NCBI GenBank assembly: GCA_013239625.1
Contig: MU054220.1
Location: 4,833,328-4,897,327, forward strand
From: Lama guanicoe
Taxonomy: Eukaryota
Direction of reading: 5' to 3'
DNA length: 64,000 nt
This document shows positions 37,218 to 50,488 of this stretch, piece after piece. How positions within the stretch are numbered: the first letter of the stretch is position 1; each line of letters begins with the position of its first letter. The position numbers and the translations under genes are program-made. The notes under the pieces were generated by a model. That model was not told where the DNA came from. It worked only from the letters and a program-made list of their open reading frames with translations, and made no database searches.

Positions 37218-38125
37218 TGCGGTAGATGGTGTTAAGGGCCCCAAGTCTTCACTCCTTGTATCTGTGCCCACCGCCATGGGCTGACATGTGACTTGGAGCA
37301 TAGTGACTCTGTATTGCTCTCCCTCTGACAGCAAGTTGTAATTGCCTGCCCCTGGACGATGGGTATTAGCAGACGTGACACAAGCAGGGTACTTTATTTT
37401 TACTGAAATATAGTCGGTTTACAATGTGTTAATTTCTGATGTATAGCATAGTGATTCAGTTATATGTATTCTTTTTCAGATTCTTTCATTATAGGTATTA
37501 TAAGCTATTGAATATAGTTCCCTGTGCTATACAGTAGGGCCTTGTTGTCTACCTATTTTATATATAGTTGTTAGTATCTGCAAATCCTAAACTCCCAATT
37601 TATCCCTCTACCCTCGCTTTCCTCTTTCCTGCCCTGGTAACCATAAGTTTGTGTTCTATGTCTGTGAGTCTGCTTCTGTTTTGTAAACAAGTTCATTTGC
37701 ATCATTTTTTAAGATGTCACATATAAGTGATATCATATGGTATTTTTTTTCTCTTTCTGGCTTACTTCACTTAGAATGACAATCTCCAGGTCCATCCATG
37801 TTGCTGCAAATGACATTATTTTATTCTTTTTTATGGCTGAGTAGTATTCCATTATATATATCTCACAACCTTATTAAGTCATTTGTCAATGGACATTTAG
37901 GTTCAAGCAGGGTATTTAAATGTGCTCACATAAGTGGCCTTGTATCTAGGGCCCCTGCCATGGCCATGAGAATAATCTAGGTTAGCTTGCTGGTCCCAGG
38001 AAGAGGATGAGACATGTGGAGCAGAGCTGTACCAATGAAGGTGCCCAGCCAAGCCCATTCCAGAGAACTACCTCCAAACCAACTTCTAGATACAGAAGTA
38101 ACCCCAGTGAAGTCAGCAGACCCCT
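37218..38125 (+). mobile_element. MLT1-family LTR split by an L1 insertion
   Basis: attagcagacgtgacacaagcagg...gagacatgtggagcagagctg continuity across the L1. Confidence 0.65.
37392..37903 (-). mobile_element. 5'-truncated L1 3' end
   Basis: L1 3' UTR antisense; TSD caagcagggta at 37381-37391 and 37904-37914. Confidence 0.9.
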
Positions 38126-38354
38126 CTTTGAGCCCAGCATCCCAGCATCCCAGGGAGAGGTGACAGCCCATTCAAAGGCACTGAGACCTGAAGGCACGCA
38201 GGGTGGTGGGACTGGCATCTGGTTCTCAAAGCACCTCCAAGTTCTGCTTCTGCCAAAAGAACCGGGATGCTATTCCATTTCACACCCAATTTCATCTGGA
38301 GCCCTAAACCCTAAGTGCCACCCCAGCTTGAGGGGAGGTAATTATTTCCCAAGA

Positions 38355-38700
38355 AGAAGGAGGGGAGAGGGAACTGGATGAAGGTGGTCAGGAGGTATAC
38401 ACTTCCAATGATAAGATTTTAAAAAGTGCCAGGGATGCCATGTACAACATGATGACTACAGTTAACGTGGCTGGATGGCATATTTCAAACTTAGAGTAAA
38501 TTCTAAGAGTTCTCATCGTAGAAAAAAACCCCCACATCTTCCCTTTTTTTTCTTTTTGTATCTATATGAGATGATGAGTATTCACTAAACTTACTGTGGT
38601 GTTCATTTCACAATGTACGTAGGTCACATCATTACACTGTACACTTTAGACTTAATACAGCGCTGTATGTCAATCATATCTCAACAAAACTGGAAAGGAA
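38355..38700 (+). mobile_element. L1 3' UTR fragment (L1MA-like)
   Basis: ggatgaaggtggtcaggaggtatacacttcc...tatgtcaatcatatctcaacaaaactgga. Confidence 0.75.
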
Positions 38701-38841
38701 TACACCAAAGAGGTGGGGAGAGGTCTGTGTCAAGGGACCCACGCTGGGGCCTTCTGAATGGACGTCCTCTGAGGGTGATCCGGACTCGTCTGGTGTCTGG
38801 GTGGTCATCCACTTGGCACGGGGTGGAGCTCACTGTCGGGG

Positions 38842-39046
38842 GCAGTGCTGCCCCATGGGCCTCTCTGATGATGGAACTGTTTCATATCTATGCTGTCCAA
38901 CACAGTAGCCCATGTGGCTGTTGAGTACTTGAGATGTGACTGGTGCAACCAAGGAACTGAATTCTTAATTTTATCCTATTTTGATGAGTTTAAATGTAAA
39001 TGTCAGTAGGCATATTGGTTAGTGGCTACCACACTGGGCAGCACAG
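38842..39046. mobile_element. MER3-like hAT-Charlie MITE
   Basis: cagtgctgcccc...tgtggctgttgagtacttgagatgtgactggtg...actgggcagcacag. Confidence 0.75.
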
Positions 39047-40759
39047 GCCTGAAGCTCCTCCCCCTCCCTTTCTCCTCTGCAGCCGGGACTCTGAGCTGCC
39101 CTGATGGTGAGCGTCCCCGCTTAGTGGCCGTGTTTGGTTCTCACAGGCTCAGCCTTGTGTCCAGCTGCCACCTGCAGGCTTTGGAGAGCAGTGGGCAGAA
39201 GTTGGCCTGGTCCCTTATCCCTGAGCCCCCGGATTTTCACTAGCTTCTCCCCAAGGCACATGGCTGAAGAGAGAAGGGCTGGAGAGGACAGCTCTGGACA
39301 TATCCTCGAAACTTTTGGAGAGGCCTTGATGGAGAAGCGCAGGCTCCTGTCTGCCATTTTTATGAAGTTAGCATGTGGGTCTGGCTGGGCCTTACTTTCA
39401 ACAGGGATCTGGCCTTGTTTTCAAATCATAAAAGGTACCTCCTCAAAGGTACTGAGGCATTTTCAGAGAGGCTAGGCTTCCTGCAATAGGCGCCTGCAGG
39501 GATCTGGGGGTTGGAGGGCATGGCCTAATTCTGGAGCAGGTGAGCTCTAGACAAAATGGGGGTCTGCTCTGAAGCCAGTGTGTCTGGATGCCCTTTCCTA
39601 TTTCATCCCATATGAAGGACATACTTCATGTCAGTCAGTAGCAAGGCTTCTCATACAGGGGCTCATGTCCCCCAGGAGAAGGTTCCAGGTTTCTTGGAGG
39701 AAAGGTCATATGTGGTGTAAGACTGGCCTCTCCAAACGTCTAGTCATGGTGGCACATGGAACACACACACTGGAATCCCCCATTTCCAACTCCAACACAT
39801 ACAAAGACAGGAGATAATATGTCAAAATACTAAACTCACAAATCAAGAAAGAGAAATGGCCAGACGCCAGTGATGAGCAGGAACTGGCACCTCAGAGCCA
39901 TAGGGCCTGAGAATTCATTACAGGCCCGAGTGGCCATGGTCTTAGGCTCCACGTAGGGACAGGAATCAGGCCTCAGTTGAGAGACGGAACGGGACTCTGT
40001 CTAAGGTCAGGAGCCAGGGACAAGACCCAGACCAGAAAGCCCCCTGTCCACCAGGTAAAAATATTAGAACCTTGAGCCTCCTACCTGTGGGAAGGTGGGT
40101 TGGAATTCACACTCCCCACACAGCGTGGAATCTCCAGCCTCAGAAACTAACATAAAAACGTGTTTGACCTTGTAGGGTTTCCAGTAGAGACCACTTCAGA
40201 AACTTCCCTGGAGGGAGGTGCCTTCAATCCTAAGCACTTGGGGGAATCCTTGGATGTTAACTCCTGAAAAATGAGGACAAAAAAATATAAAATACATGAG
40301 GCAGTCTAGCACGACTCACTCACTCGCTCATTCATTTATCCATCCAACAGTTTCCTCTGAACCCCTAGTCTACACCTGGAGCTAGAGGTACATCAGGACC
40401 TTTGGCAACTGTTAATCTGTTCTCCCTGCAGTTTCTCCTTTTCCGTATGTCATGTAAATGGAATTACATAGTGTATAGCTTTTTGAATCTGACTTGCTTG
40501 CATTGAACATAATGCACTTGAAATGCATCCATGTTGTTGCATAAATTAGTAGTCTTGATCCCTCTGATCTGTTACTCTTGATCCCTCAGTGGTAGGTATT
40601 TCTTCGTTTATTCACCTGTTGGAGGACAGTGGGATGTTCCAGCTCTTGGAGATTATGAGTAAAGCTGGAATTGACACTCACATGTAAGTCTGTGTGTGCA
40701 CAAAATTTTTCTTTTCTCTTGGGACAATAATTCAGCAGTCATTTTCCTGCTGTAGATGG

Positions 40760-41180
40760 ACTGAGTTCTGGCCATGTTCCAGGATTATTCTAAAAGTTTT
40801 CCATGGGATAAAACTCAGTTAAGCATCACAGCAACCCAATAGTGTAGGAGCTGTTGTTATTCCAACTTTAAGAATGGGTAAACCAAGACCGAGGTTAAGT
40901 AACTTGCCCAAGATGATAGCTGGGAAGTGAGGGAGTTGAGATCTGAGCCCAAGCAGTCTAGTTCTGGAGCCAGTCCTCCCAAATACCATGCTGTATACAT
41001 CCGTATCTCATTTAATCCCCCCAACTACAAAATGAGGTACATGATATTATCCCCACCTTACAGATGAGAGAACCAATGCTCATGGGTGGAGTAACTGGTT
41101 CATAATCACACTGTACATGGTGGAGTTCAGATTCAAACCAAGCTCAGATTTGCCTAAATTAGTGCTCTGCACTGCTCTAC
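40760..41180 (-). mobile_element. Two tandem MIR fragments
   Basis: gaggttaagtaacttgcccaagat and attatccccaccttacagatgag cores. Confidence 0.75.
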
Positions 41181-42668
41181 TATACTTTGTCCACATATAA
41201 ATTATTTCTAGTTAAGCACTTCATTCTTAATTGTTCTCTATTCGCTTTCAGGTGTGTCGATCTTCTCTCCCACGTGTGTTCACTCATGTCACACGTCTGT
41301 GTCTCCAGCACTGAATGCACACCCAGTATGTAGTAAATACTTGGTAAATGCTGGATGAATGACAGACAGTGCAATGATGTGTTCCTCTTCTTCCTGCTGT
41401 TGCAGTTCTGGGGGCTTTCCACCCACATCTCACGGTTTTCTAGGAAACCAATCTGAGGGAAATAAAATATCTTGCTTCTCTGCAATGGAACTTGCAAAAC
41501 ACACACACACACATACATCCTTCTGCCTCAGGCTCCCTGTTCTCAATCTGGCTAATAGGCTGTTAGTGGAATCCCAGGCTACCTTTTACTGTCCAAAGGC
41601 CCTGCACCACGAGTTAGGGAGAAGGTGGGGCCAGCTCTGTGCTGATAATTCCCTTCCTAGATCCAGCTGCTCCACCCTGACGTCCAAGCCTGCTGTTGTC
41701 CCCCAAGCAGTGAATGAGCCAGCAGCAGAGGACCCTGGCTTCTAACTTCAGCTTTGGGGTCACCCTAATGGTCAGACATGCCCTCCCTGGATCTAATCCC
41801 CACGTTTTCCTTTTCTGTGGAGATGTGGACAGGCAAGCCCAGCTCTGCCTACAAATGTTTAATTCAGCACCTACTTGTGGCCAACACTGTGAATGAGACA
41901 TTAGACGTGGCTTCTGCCCTCGAAGAGAGACAAGACTGAGAGAACTGGAGGACACAGAGTCCACTCCTGAGTGCTGAAGACCCGGAAGCGGAGCTCTCTG
42001 ATGGAGTCGCTGTCCGAGTCCGCCGGGGAGGTGCCTCCTCTTCTCGGTGCACACACCCAGGTTTGGACACTCCAAGCAGAGTCCTCCATGGCTCAGCCCC
42101 CACCGGGCTTTCCATTCTTTTCTTCTGCAACTCACTTTCCATTCCACAAACATGTACTGAGTATTTACTGTGCATCAGGCACCGTGCTGGCCACTGCAGG
42201 TGCTCCTATACTGGGGAAGGTGGGGAGAGATGAGGCTGGGGCCAAATCATGAAAGACATCATGAGCAGAGCCAAAGAGTTTGGGCTCTGTTCTGAGGGAA
42301 ATGAAGAGCTACTTGAAGCTACAATTTAGTGTTTCCCACAAGTGCCAAACTTCCGCATTTCCCTGTGTGGGATCATGCTGCAGCCACTACCCTAATGCCA
42401 CCTCCTCCCACTTCTCCCCTTTTCTTCACTTATTTAATTGCACTGGTTTTCTGAGGCATCGTCCGAGCGTCACAGGACGCCACATACCTACGGCACCTGT
42501 GATGACCCCTTTGGTGACGCTCATTCTGCGTGGAAATGAGCTGACCGTGTATCTTTTTTTTTTTAATTGAAGTATAGTTGATTTAGAGTTTTGTATTAGT
42601 TTCTAGTGTACAGCAAAGTGAGTTTATAGATATATATATATACTTTTTCAGATTATTTTCCATTATAT

Positions 42669-43710
42669 ATTTTTTTTCATGCTTCAAAAAATTTATTTGT
42701 AAATTTTCATTGTGTTGAGTTAATCTTACCAAGCCCTTATTTTTCTTTTTTTTTTTTTTTACTTTTTTTTTTTTTTCATAATCATTTTATATTTTTGTGN
42801 NNNNNNNNNNNNNNNNNNNNNNNNNNNNNNNNNNNNNNNNNNNNNNNNNNNNNNNNNNNNNNNNNNNNNNNNNNNNNNNNNNNNNNNNNNNNNNNNNNNN
42901 NNNNNNNNNNNNNNNNNNNNNNNNNNNNNNNNNNNNNNNNNNNNNNNNNNNNNNNNNNNNNNNNNNNNNNNNNNNNNNNNNNNNNNNNNNNNNNNNNNNN
43001 NNNNNNNNNNNNNNNNNNNNNNNNNNNNNNNNNNNNNNNNNNNNNNNNNNNNNNNNNNNNNNNNNNNNNNNNNNNNNNNNNNNNNNNNNNNNNNNNNNNN
43101 NNNNNNNNNNNNNNNNNNNNNNNNNNNNNNNNNNNNNNNNNNNNNNNNNNNNNNNNNNNNNNNNNNNNNNNNNNNNNNNNNNNNNNNNNNNNNNNNNNNN
43201 NNNNNNNNNNNNNNNNNNNNNNNNNNNNNNNNNNNNNNNNNNNNNNNNNNNNNNNNNNNNNNNNNNNNNNGCAGTGTAGGAGGGTTCCCCTTTCTCCACA
43301 GCCTCTCCAGCATTTGTCATTTTTGGATTTTTGAATGACGGCCATTCTGACTGGTGTGAGGTGATACCTCATTGTAGTTTTGATTTGCATTTCTCTGATA
43401 ATTAGTGATACTGAACATTTTTTCATGTGCTTTTTGATCATTTGTATGTCTTCCTTGGACAGTTGTTTGTTTAGGTCTTCTGCCCATTTTTGGATTGGGT
43501 TGTTTATTTTTTCCTTATTGAGTCGTATGAGCTGCTTATATATTTTGGAGATCAAGCCTTTGTCGGTTTCACTTGCAAAAATTTTCTCCCATTCCGTAGG
43601 TTTTCTTCTTGTTTTATTTCTGGTTTCCTTTGCTCTGCAGAAGCTTGTAAGTTTCATTAGGTCCCATTTGTTTATTCTTGCTTTTATTTCTTCTAGGAGA
43701 AAATTTTTGA
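42669..43710 (-). mobile_element. Younger L1 nested in the older L1; spans the assembly gap
   Basis: Uninterrupted ORF2 frame to [17 protein letters not shown] tccattatat at 42659-42668 and 43711-43720. Confidence 0.88.
42800..43270. other. Assembly gap (471 N)
   Basis: Run of N. Confidence 1.
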
Positions 43711-45979
43711 TCCATTATATTTTATTACAAGATATTGAACATAGTTCCCTGTGCTTGTTTATCTATTTTATACATAGTAGTTTGTATCTGTCAATCCCCA
43801 ATTCCTGACTGATCCCTCTCCTCCTTCCCTTTGGCAACAGTAAGTTTGTTTCCTACGTCTGTGAGTCTGCTTCTGTTTTGTAAGTAAGTCCATTTGTATC
43901 ATTTTTTCAGATTCCACATATGAGTGATATCATATAATATTTGTCTTTCTGACTTAGTATGATCATCTCTAGGTCCATCCATATTGCTGCAAATGGCATT
44001 ATTTCATTCTTTTTTTATGGCTGAGTATATTCCATAGTATATATAGACCACATCTTCTTTATCTAGTCATCTGTCGATAGACATTTAAGTTGCTTCCATT
44101 TCTTGGCTATTGTAAATAATGCTATGAAAGTTGGGGTGCACGTATCTTTTCAAATTAGTTTTCTTCAGATATATGCCCAGGAATGTGATTACTGCATCAC
44201 ATGGTAGCTCTACTTTTAGTTTTCTAAGGAATCTCCATATTGTTTTCTGTAGCGGCTGCACCAATTTACATTCCTACCAACAGTGTAGGAGGATTACCTT
44301 TTCTCCATACCCTCCCCAGCATTTATTTGTAGACTTTAGAGAGAGAGCTATTCTGACCAGTGTAAGGTGGTACCTCATTGTAGCTTTGACTGGCATTTCT
44401 CTAATAATTAGTGATGTTGAGCACCTTTTCATGTGCCTGTTGGCCATCTGTATATTTTCCTTGTAGAAATATCTATTTAGGTCTTCTGCCCATTTTTTGA
44501 TTGAGTTGTTTTTGTTGTTGCTGAGTTGTATGAGCTGTTTGTATATTTTGGAAACTAAGCACTTGTGGGTTGCATCATTTGCAAATATTTTCTCCAGGTC
44601 CAAAAGTTGTCTTTTCCTTTTGCTTATGATTTCCTACGCTGAGCAAAAGCTTTAAGTTTGATTAGATCCTACTTGTTTGTTTTTGCTTTTATTTCTGTTG
44701 CCTTGGGAGACTGCTCTAAGAAAACATTGGTACTGTTTATGTCAGAGAATGTTTTATGTTCTCTTCTAGGAGCTTTATGGTGTCATGTCTTATATTGAAG
44801 TCTTCAGGCCATTTTGAGTTTACTTTTTGTGTATAGTGTCAGGGAGTGTTCTAACTTCATTTACTTACATGTGGCTGTCCAGCTTTCTCAGCACCATATG
44901 CTTAAGAGACTATGTTTTCTCCATTGTGTATTCTTGCCTCCTTTGTCAAAGACTAATTGACCACAGGTGTGGGGGCTTATTTCTGGGCTCTCTATTCTGT
45001 TTCATTGATCCATATATCTGTTTTTGTGCCAGTACCACGCTGTTTTGATTACGGTAGCTCTGTAGCATTGTCTAAGGTCTGGGAGACTTAGGCCTCTCCA
45101 GCTTTGTTCTTTTTCCTCAGGATGGCTTTGACAATTCTGTGTCTGCTGACCATGTATCTTGTCTCCAGTCAGAGGCTCAGCTCTATGTCTAATAAATGTC
45201 TATATCCCCTGCTCTTACAATTTGTGGGCCTAGAAGAAAACAGTTGCTTGATTAAAAATAAAAAGTCACTGAACTATTGAATTAATGATGGTGGACAGAC
45301 CCAGCAATACCTTAGAGAAGCTACAGCAGCATCAGGGAGAAGATACTGGAAATTGAAAGGGAGAGGGAAGACTAAATCAGGGACAGCTCCAGAGGTCATG
45401 TGAAGCTGTTCTCACTTAACCTACAGAGATACTATCTGGCCTCTCTGCCCCGCCCCTGAGCCACCCATTGCTCCTGATCCATGTAAAGCACTTTGAACAG
45501 AGACAGGCACACACTATGCAATGAACAGATGTTAGCTCTTCTTATTAGCATGGGTCTTCAATCCTGCCACCAAATTTTTCCCAATACTAGAAGTAAATTA
45601 AGAGTTTTATTCCATTTCTGGACCCTGATGCAAAAGTCTGACTGCTTAAGAAAGCAAGTCCTAGCCTGGAAAGTGAGGAATTTGTCCTATGAAAGCATTT
45701 AATACAAATACCTGAGAAAAATTTTATGTTTTTTGCTTTGATAAAAAAACGATTTCTTGTCTTCCAATACACTAACTCTCTCTTCAGCTGTGTCTAGTCT
45801 AACCTATCCACTGAGATCTTTATTTCAGTAATATTTTTCACTTGTAGGATTCCTATGTGTTTTTTTTCACCAATTACCTGCCCATGTTTCATAATCTTTC
45901 CGATATATGGTTGCTAGTCTTTTAGCTACTTGAACACTTTCAGCATTTTTACTTTTCAAATTGCTCTGCTTTTTCTTGT

Positions 45980-46560
45980 ACTTCATGAGTGAATTCTCCT
46001 GTTGTTGGGCATGTAAACCGTCTGACCTCCTAACGCTGGAATTCCCCAGTTCTCAGTCTTTAAATCTGTACTCTTGTCTATCTTCTCTCACATCCCTAAT
46101 GATCTCATCCAGTCACATGGTTTCAAATACTGTCCCCACACCTGTGACCTCCAAATTTAAATCTCCAGCATTGATATCCTCTAATAATCCTAATTTATCC
46201 AACTGTCTACTTGGTATCTTCACATGGCCTACATAAAACTGAATTCCTTATCTTCCCCCCAAATTCTTGTCTAACTTTGGTCTATCCAACTAAGTTAATA
46301 GCAACTCTCTCCTTCTAATTACTCAGGTCAAAAAATCCTAGAGTAATCTTGACTCCTGTTAAAATAGGTCAGATAATGTTACTGCTCTGCTTAAAACTAG
46401 TGACTTGCAATGACAGAGCCCTACAAAAAACAAACAAAAACCAAAAAAACTACACAATCTGGCTCACCTCTTTGGCTTCATCTCCTATTACTCTCCTGTT
46501 TTGAAACTTTCAGTATGCTCCTGCCTCAGGGCATCTACTTTTGCTGTTCCATAATGTTGT
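45980..46560 (+). mobile_element. LINE-2 fragment
   Basis: atgatctcatccagtcacatggtttcaaatac...tccaaatttaaatctccagc. Confidence 0.75.
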
Positions 46561-47569
46561 GTAAAGGGAATTATATAGTACATAGCCTTTGGAGTCTGAC
46601 TTCTTTCATTTAACATAATGTGGGGGAAAAAATTTATACAAAGAACAGATCAGCAGTTGCCAAGGGTTAAGGGTGATGTTTGACTAGAAAGGGGCAGAGT
46701 GAAGGAGTCTTTTCGGGGTGATGAATGTTTTCTGTCTTGTTTGTTGTGGTGGCTGCATGACTCTCTGCATTTGTCAAAACTCAAAGAACTACAACAAAGT
46801 GAATTTCACTGTATGTAAATTAAAAAAAAAAGTTTCAGGAAAAACTAAATGCCACCTTGTGGAGAGGTGGGAAAACAGGGAATACACTCAGACACACACG
46901 TTAATTCATAAGCATCCTCTGAGTGAAAAGAGGTCACTTTATCCAGCAGTCAATGAACTCACAATTCTCATTCAAAATTGATTTCTTAAAATACATCTGA
47001 GAAAACTGTTTGAAATTAGCTGGACTCATGCTGTGTGAAAGATGGAGAGCTCACAGGTATGTCTGATTGCTCACCTGCTTCTAAAAAAAGTCACACAGTC
47101 TGTGAGAGAACCAAATGCTCCACGTTCAGTGACCCAGGGTTAGATCTGACCGGTGTCTGACAAGGTTCTAGCAAAGTCTACTAGAAACTCTGTGTTCGGT
47201 GGAGTTCTGTCCCAAATGGAACGCTCAATTTTCACTGGTACGGCTCTCACCAAGGTTCTCCCCAAAGTTTACTTGGATGAAGTTTAGGGTCGGTGCTCAC
47301 CTGAGGGGACACGACTCTGAGGCTTGGATTATTCTTCCTTTTCCAGGAAGGTCAATTATCAACTCTGAACACCTGCTGACTGTGCATCTTTCCTAGTCAA
47401 ATGCATCATGCTAATAACTTCATCAACCATAAAACCCAGTGATGGATTGTTTCCTCCCTCACCTTGCCACTGTGGGAAGAAAGAAAGTAAAAAGACAACT
47501 AGGACTTGAGAAGACCTGAGCCAGGATTACAGTTAGGTTTCAGAGCTGTCCAGCTGAGCCTGCTTCTAA

Positions 47570-47616
47570 AGAAGAACCACACCACAGACCTATTTTGTTC
47601 ATAAACAACTTTTATT
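47570..47616 (-). terminator. Polyadenylation signal AATAAA (47611-47616) with downstream GU-rich element
   Basis: Minus strand reads AATAAAagttgtttatgaacaaaataggtctgtggtgtggttcttctt. Confidence 0.75.
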
Positions 47617-48608
47617 TTTGTCCTCATTATGTGCCCTTGAAGATTCCCAAATGTCTGGAGTTTCTGACTCTCCTGGGACCAGAGGTATAAGCATTGTACG
47701 GGAACACTCAACCTTGGCTCATCACCCTCCTGAAGGGCTCCGTCTGGAGGCCTCAGAGAGAGGGAGCTGACACTCATGCCTTATTTCAAGATGGGTAACA
47801 CAGTGAACAAAGAATTAGTAAAACATAGACTCAGTCTGTAGAGGGCTTCAAATATACATATTCTATATATATAAACCTGTTATATAGGATTTCCACTTAT
47901 TGGTTTCCTTGTAATTTGTAATTAAAGTACAAATGATATAGATGTTGTACACTGCTGATTTCCCCTGCTCAGCCCCCCTCCCTCCCCAACATAAATAACA
48001 TCACAAAGGTCAGGTGATCCTAAGAGTTTCTGATGTTGCAAATATTTTGTTTTTAAAATTTCCCTTCCTCCCCTGCAAACTACCTCTGAGTTGTGACACA
48101 GCAGCACGGAACGGACGAGACTGGGGGCAGCGTGGGGGTCGAGAGGAGAGAGTGCAGAACATGGCTTCTCACTGACTGGCACCAGGTGGGCTTCTGCATT
48201 TCCACTGACAACAGAGGCTACGACAGGAAGCAGAGAATGTGCAATGCGGCTTCGTCCTCCACCCAAGAGGAGGAGGCTGGCTGGACCACTGAGAAAAGCC
48301 CTAAAGGCATCGAGGTTTTGGAGACAGAGCACAGCTCCAGAAATGTCTTGGCTCAGTATTTACACAATATCTTTAAGCTGCATTTTCCTTTTAAGAGATT
48401 TATGTTTCTGAGGTTGGCTGGGGGAAAGAAGGAACTTAAAAACAAAAACAAACCAATTCCCACATATGTAAAAGTCCTGCTATATGTCTTATTTGGTTAT
48501 TTTCGCACACATCATTAAAAGTAGATACTGACAATGATTGGTTTCTTTTCTGATTCCTGTTTTGAAGAGATGAGAAGAGAGAGAGAGACAGGAGAAAAGG
48601 GAGGTGAG
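47593..48608 (-). other. TTC17: TTC17 3' UTR (~1.0 kb; 3' end approximate)
   Basis: No recognisable interspersed repeats between the stop codon and a canonical poly(A) signal; contains a Pumilio element TGTAAATA (48357-48364). Confidence 0.75.
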
Positions 48609-48740
48609 CTAAGGAGAGCGCCGCCCCTTCTTCAGCATTAAGTGACACTGGATGGTCTGGATCCTGTTCTTGGCCGGGACAAACTCGGGCTGCAGCTTCA
48701 GTGTAGACTCGTACCACACCAGTGCTTTTTCAAACTCTTC
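48609..48740 (-). CDS. TTC17: TTC17 last coding exon: EEFEKALVWYESTLKLQPEFVPAKNRIQTIQCHLMLKKGRRSP*
   Basis: Acceptor cccttcacag|GAA; 43 codons plus TAG; completes the TPR begun in the previous exon. Confidence 0.94.
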   Translation of the reverse strand, partial: EEFEKALVWYESTLKLQPEFVPAKNRIQTIQCHLMLKKGRRSP

Positions 48741-50344
48741 CTGTGAAGGGCCAAGGGACAAACGTGAGAGGGCTACCACCACCAGATTAAATATACACGG
48801 TGACTTCTTTCTTCTTGAAGAGCACATCTGTGGGCGTGACAATCCGGCGGTATTTTCTCAGTGGATCTACCTCTCTGAGGAAAACTCTGGGGTCTGGAGG
48901 AAACAACCAGCTCCATCCCCAAGGTCCAGAATCACAAGGAAAACTGTGGCAGAGCCTAAGAGCCGGGGCAAAAGGGAGGTCAACTCTACAGAGGTTCGGC
49001 CCAACGACAGGAGTCATCGTGGTAGTGACGGCAGGAAACCGGCATAACTGAATGCCTGCTGCGCGCCAGGCCCAGAGCTCGGTGCTTTATGAAACCTTTC
49101 ATTGAATCCTTGCAGAGACCTCTAGAACTATGCCTGAAAGCTCGTTAGGCATCTGCCTGAATCTTCTACTGTAACTGGAAAGATGGAAGTAAAGTCAGGT
49201 ATTTCAACTAGAATCGTACATCTTGAAACAGTTCCTTATGCTCCCTAACACTTGGAAATGTGAACACGGTTTGGAAATGATCCCGGCCATTCTGAAGGCG
49301 TTAATCCTTCCTTAGACTAGTACTCCTGACGAAGAGCCTGAACCAGCTGGCTAAACGCGCCCTCCGGCCAAGTGAGAGCAGAATTCCTCATTCACAGCAG
49401 CAAATTCACACTTACTGGGGACGAAAATAGAGTCTTCAGTTTTAAGAAGCAGAGGGGGAAATCTGCACATTCAGCAATACCTACCTGGCCAAATTATATT
49501 TCCTGCCTTTGAAGTCAGGGATGACATACAAAACTTAGAGCCTGAGGCTGCTCACTGTATTAACCTTTATGGAGAGCACCTTGGGAACAGCCCTGTGTGG
49601 GACACCAAGCTTTAGATGGAAGTGGATGGCAAAATTCTCACGTTAAATTCGGCTAAGACAGTTTCTGGGCAACCCCTGGGATTTTCAGTTCTGAAATCGG
49701 TCCTCATTCTGACCAGAATACAGGGTTCTGGACGACAGCTTTGCCATTTCGTCTGTAAATGGTATCCCATGAAACTAGTGGCATTCCACCATTCACTGAA
49801 CATTTGGTGACTACCTACTATGTGCCAAATACTGTCAAGTGCTAGGAACAGGGAGATGAAGGGGAGCCTCTTAAGGAGCTCCTGATCTAGGGGCAGAGAC
49901 AAATACTTAAAAGCTTTAAAACAGGGTGAAAACACAACAAGAGACGTATGCACAGGGCATCGTGAGTGCGACCACAGGGACCCAGCCCAACGTGGAGGTA
50001 ACAGCACATGAGTGTGTGTCTCCACATGGAGAGTTAGGTAAGGTTTTCTGGAACAGGCGATGTCTCCAGAAAACTGTGGGTAAATCTCACTCTACTGTTA
50101 ATGTTAGACTCACAGTGAGGACCCACATAGCTGTAAACACTTGGATGAATTCCCTGTATTATTTTTAAAAACTCAAACCCCTTACCTTTTAAGATATACC
50201 TTTCGTGGAGAGCTAACACTTTCAGACACAAAACTTACAGGAAACTGGAGGACACTGACATAGTCAAAGAAGTTTGAAATCAAAGAAGATGTGCCCCTGA
50301 GAGAAAGCAGCAGAGCTGGTCTGCTCCGCTCACGCCAACCTCAC

Positions 50345-50488
50345 CATTGCCACGTAGACGTTGCCCAGCGTGAAGTGATTCACAGCAAAGTGAGGCGCAA
50401 TCTCCACGGCCATGGTGGCCACGATGACGGCGTCGTTCCAGAGCTTGGCGTTGTGCAGGATGTTGGCCAGGCTGATCAGGGGCACGTC
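50345..50488 (-). CDS. TTC17: TTC17 penultimate coding exon: DVPLISLANILHNAKLWNDAVIVATMAVEIAPHFAVNHFTLGNVYVAM
   Basis: 144 nt, phase 0/0; acceptor ttcctctcccag|GAC, donor ATG|gtgagg; splices in frame with both neighbours; TPR consensus (LANIL..A...A.....P....HFTLGNVY). Confidence 0.94.

Larger units (their letters stand above)
42556..45144 (-). mobile_element. Older 5'-truncated L1, host of a younger L1
   Basis: ORF2 C-terminal remnants ([10 protein letters not shown]...[10 protein letters not shown]); TSD gctgacc(g/a)tgtatctt at 42540-42555 and 45145-45160. Confidence 0.9.

Noticed and set aside
41862..41882. RE1-like TTCAGCACC
   Set aside because: Left half-site only, inside an L2 3'-end motif; no GGACAG half
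42759..43334. ORFs of 160-291 aa across the gap
   Set aside because: Artefacts of the N run; only the L1 ORF2 part is real
1..47500. miR-129-2 and miR-670 hairpins expected by synteny
   Set aside because: By-eye search found no match to the mature sequences as I recall them (e.g. GCAAGCCCAGACCGCAAAAAG on the plus strand); they probably lie beyond position 1
49355..49372. CTCF-like gcgccctccggcc
   Set aside because: Lacks the conserved 3' part of the motif; too weak to call
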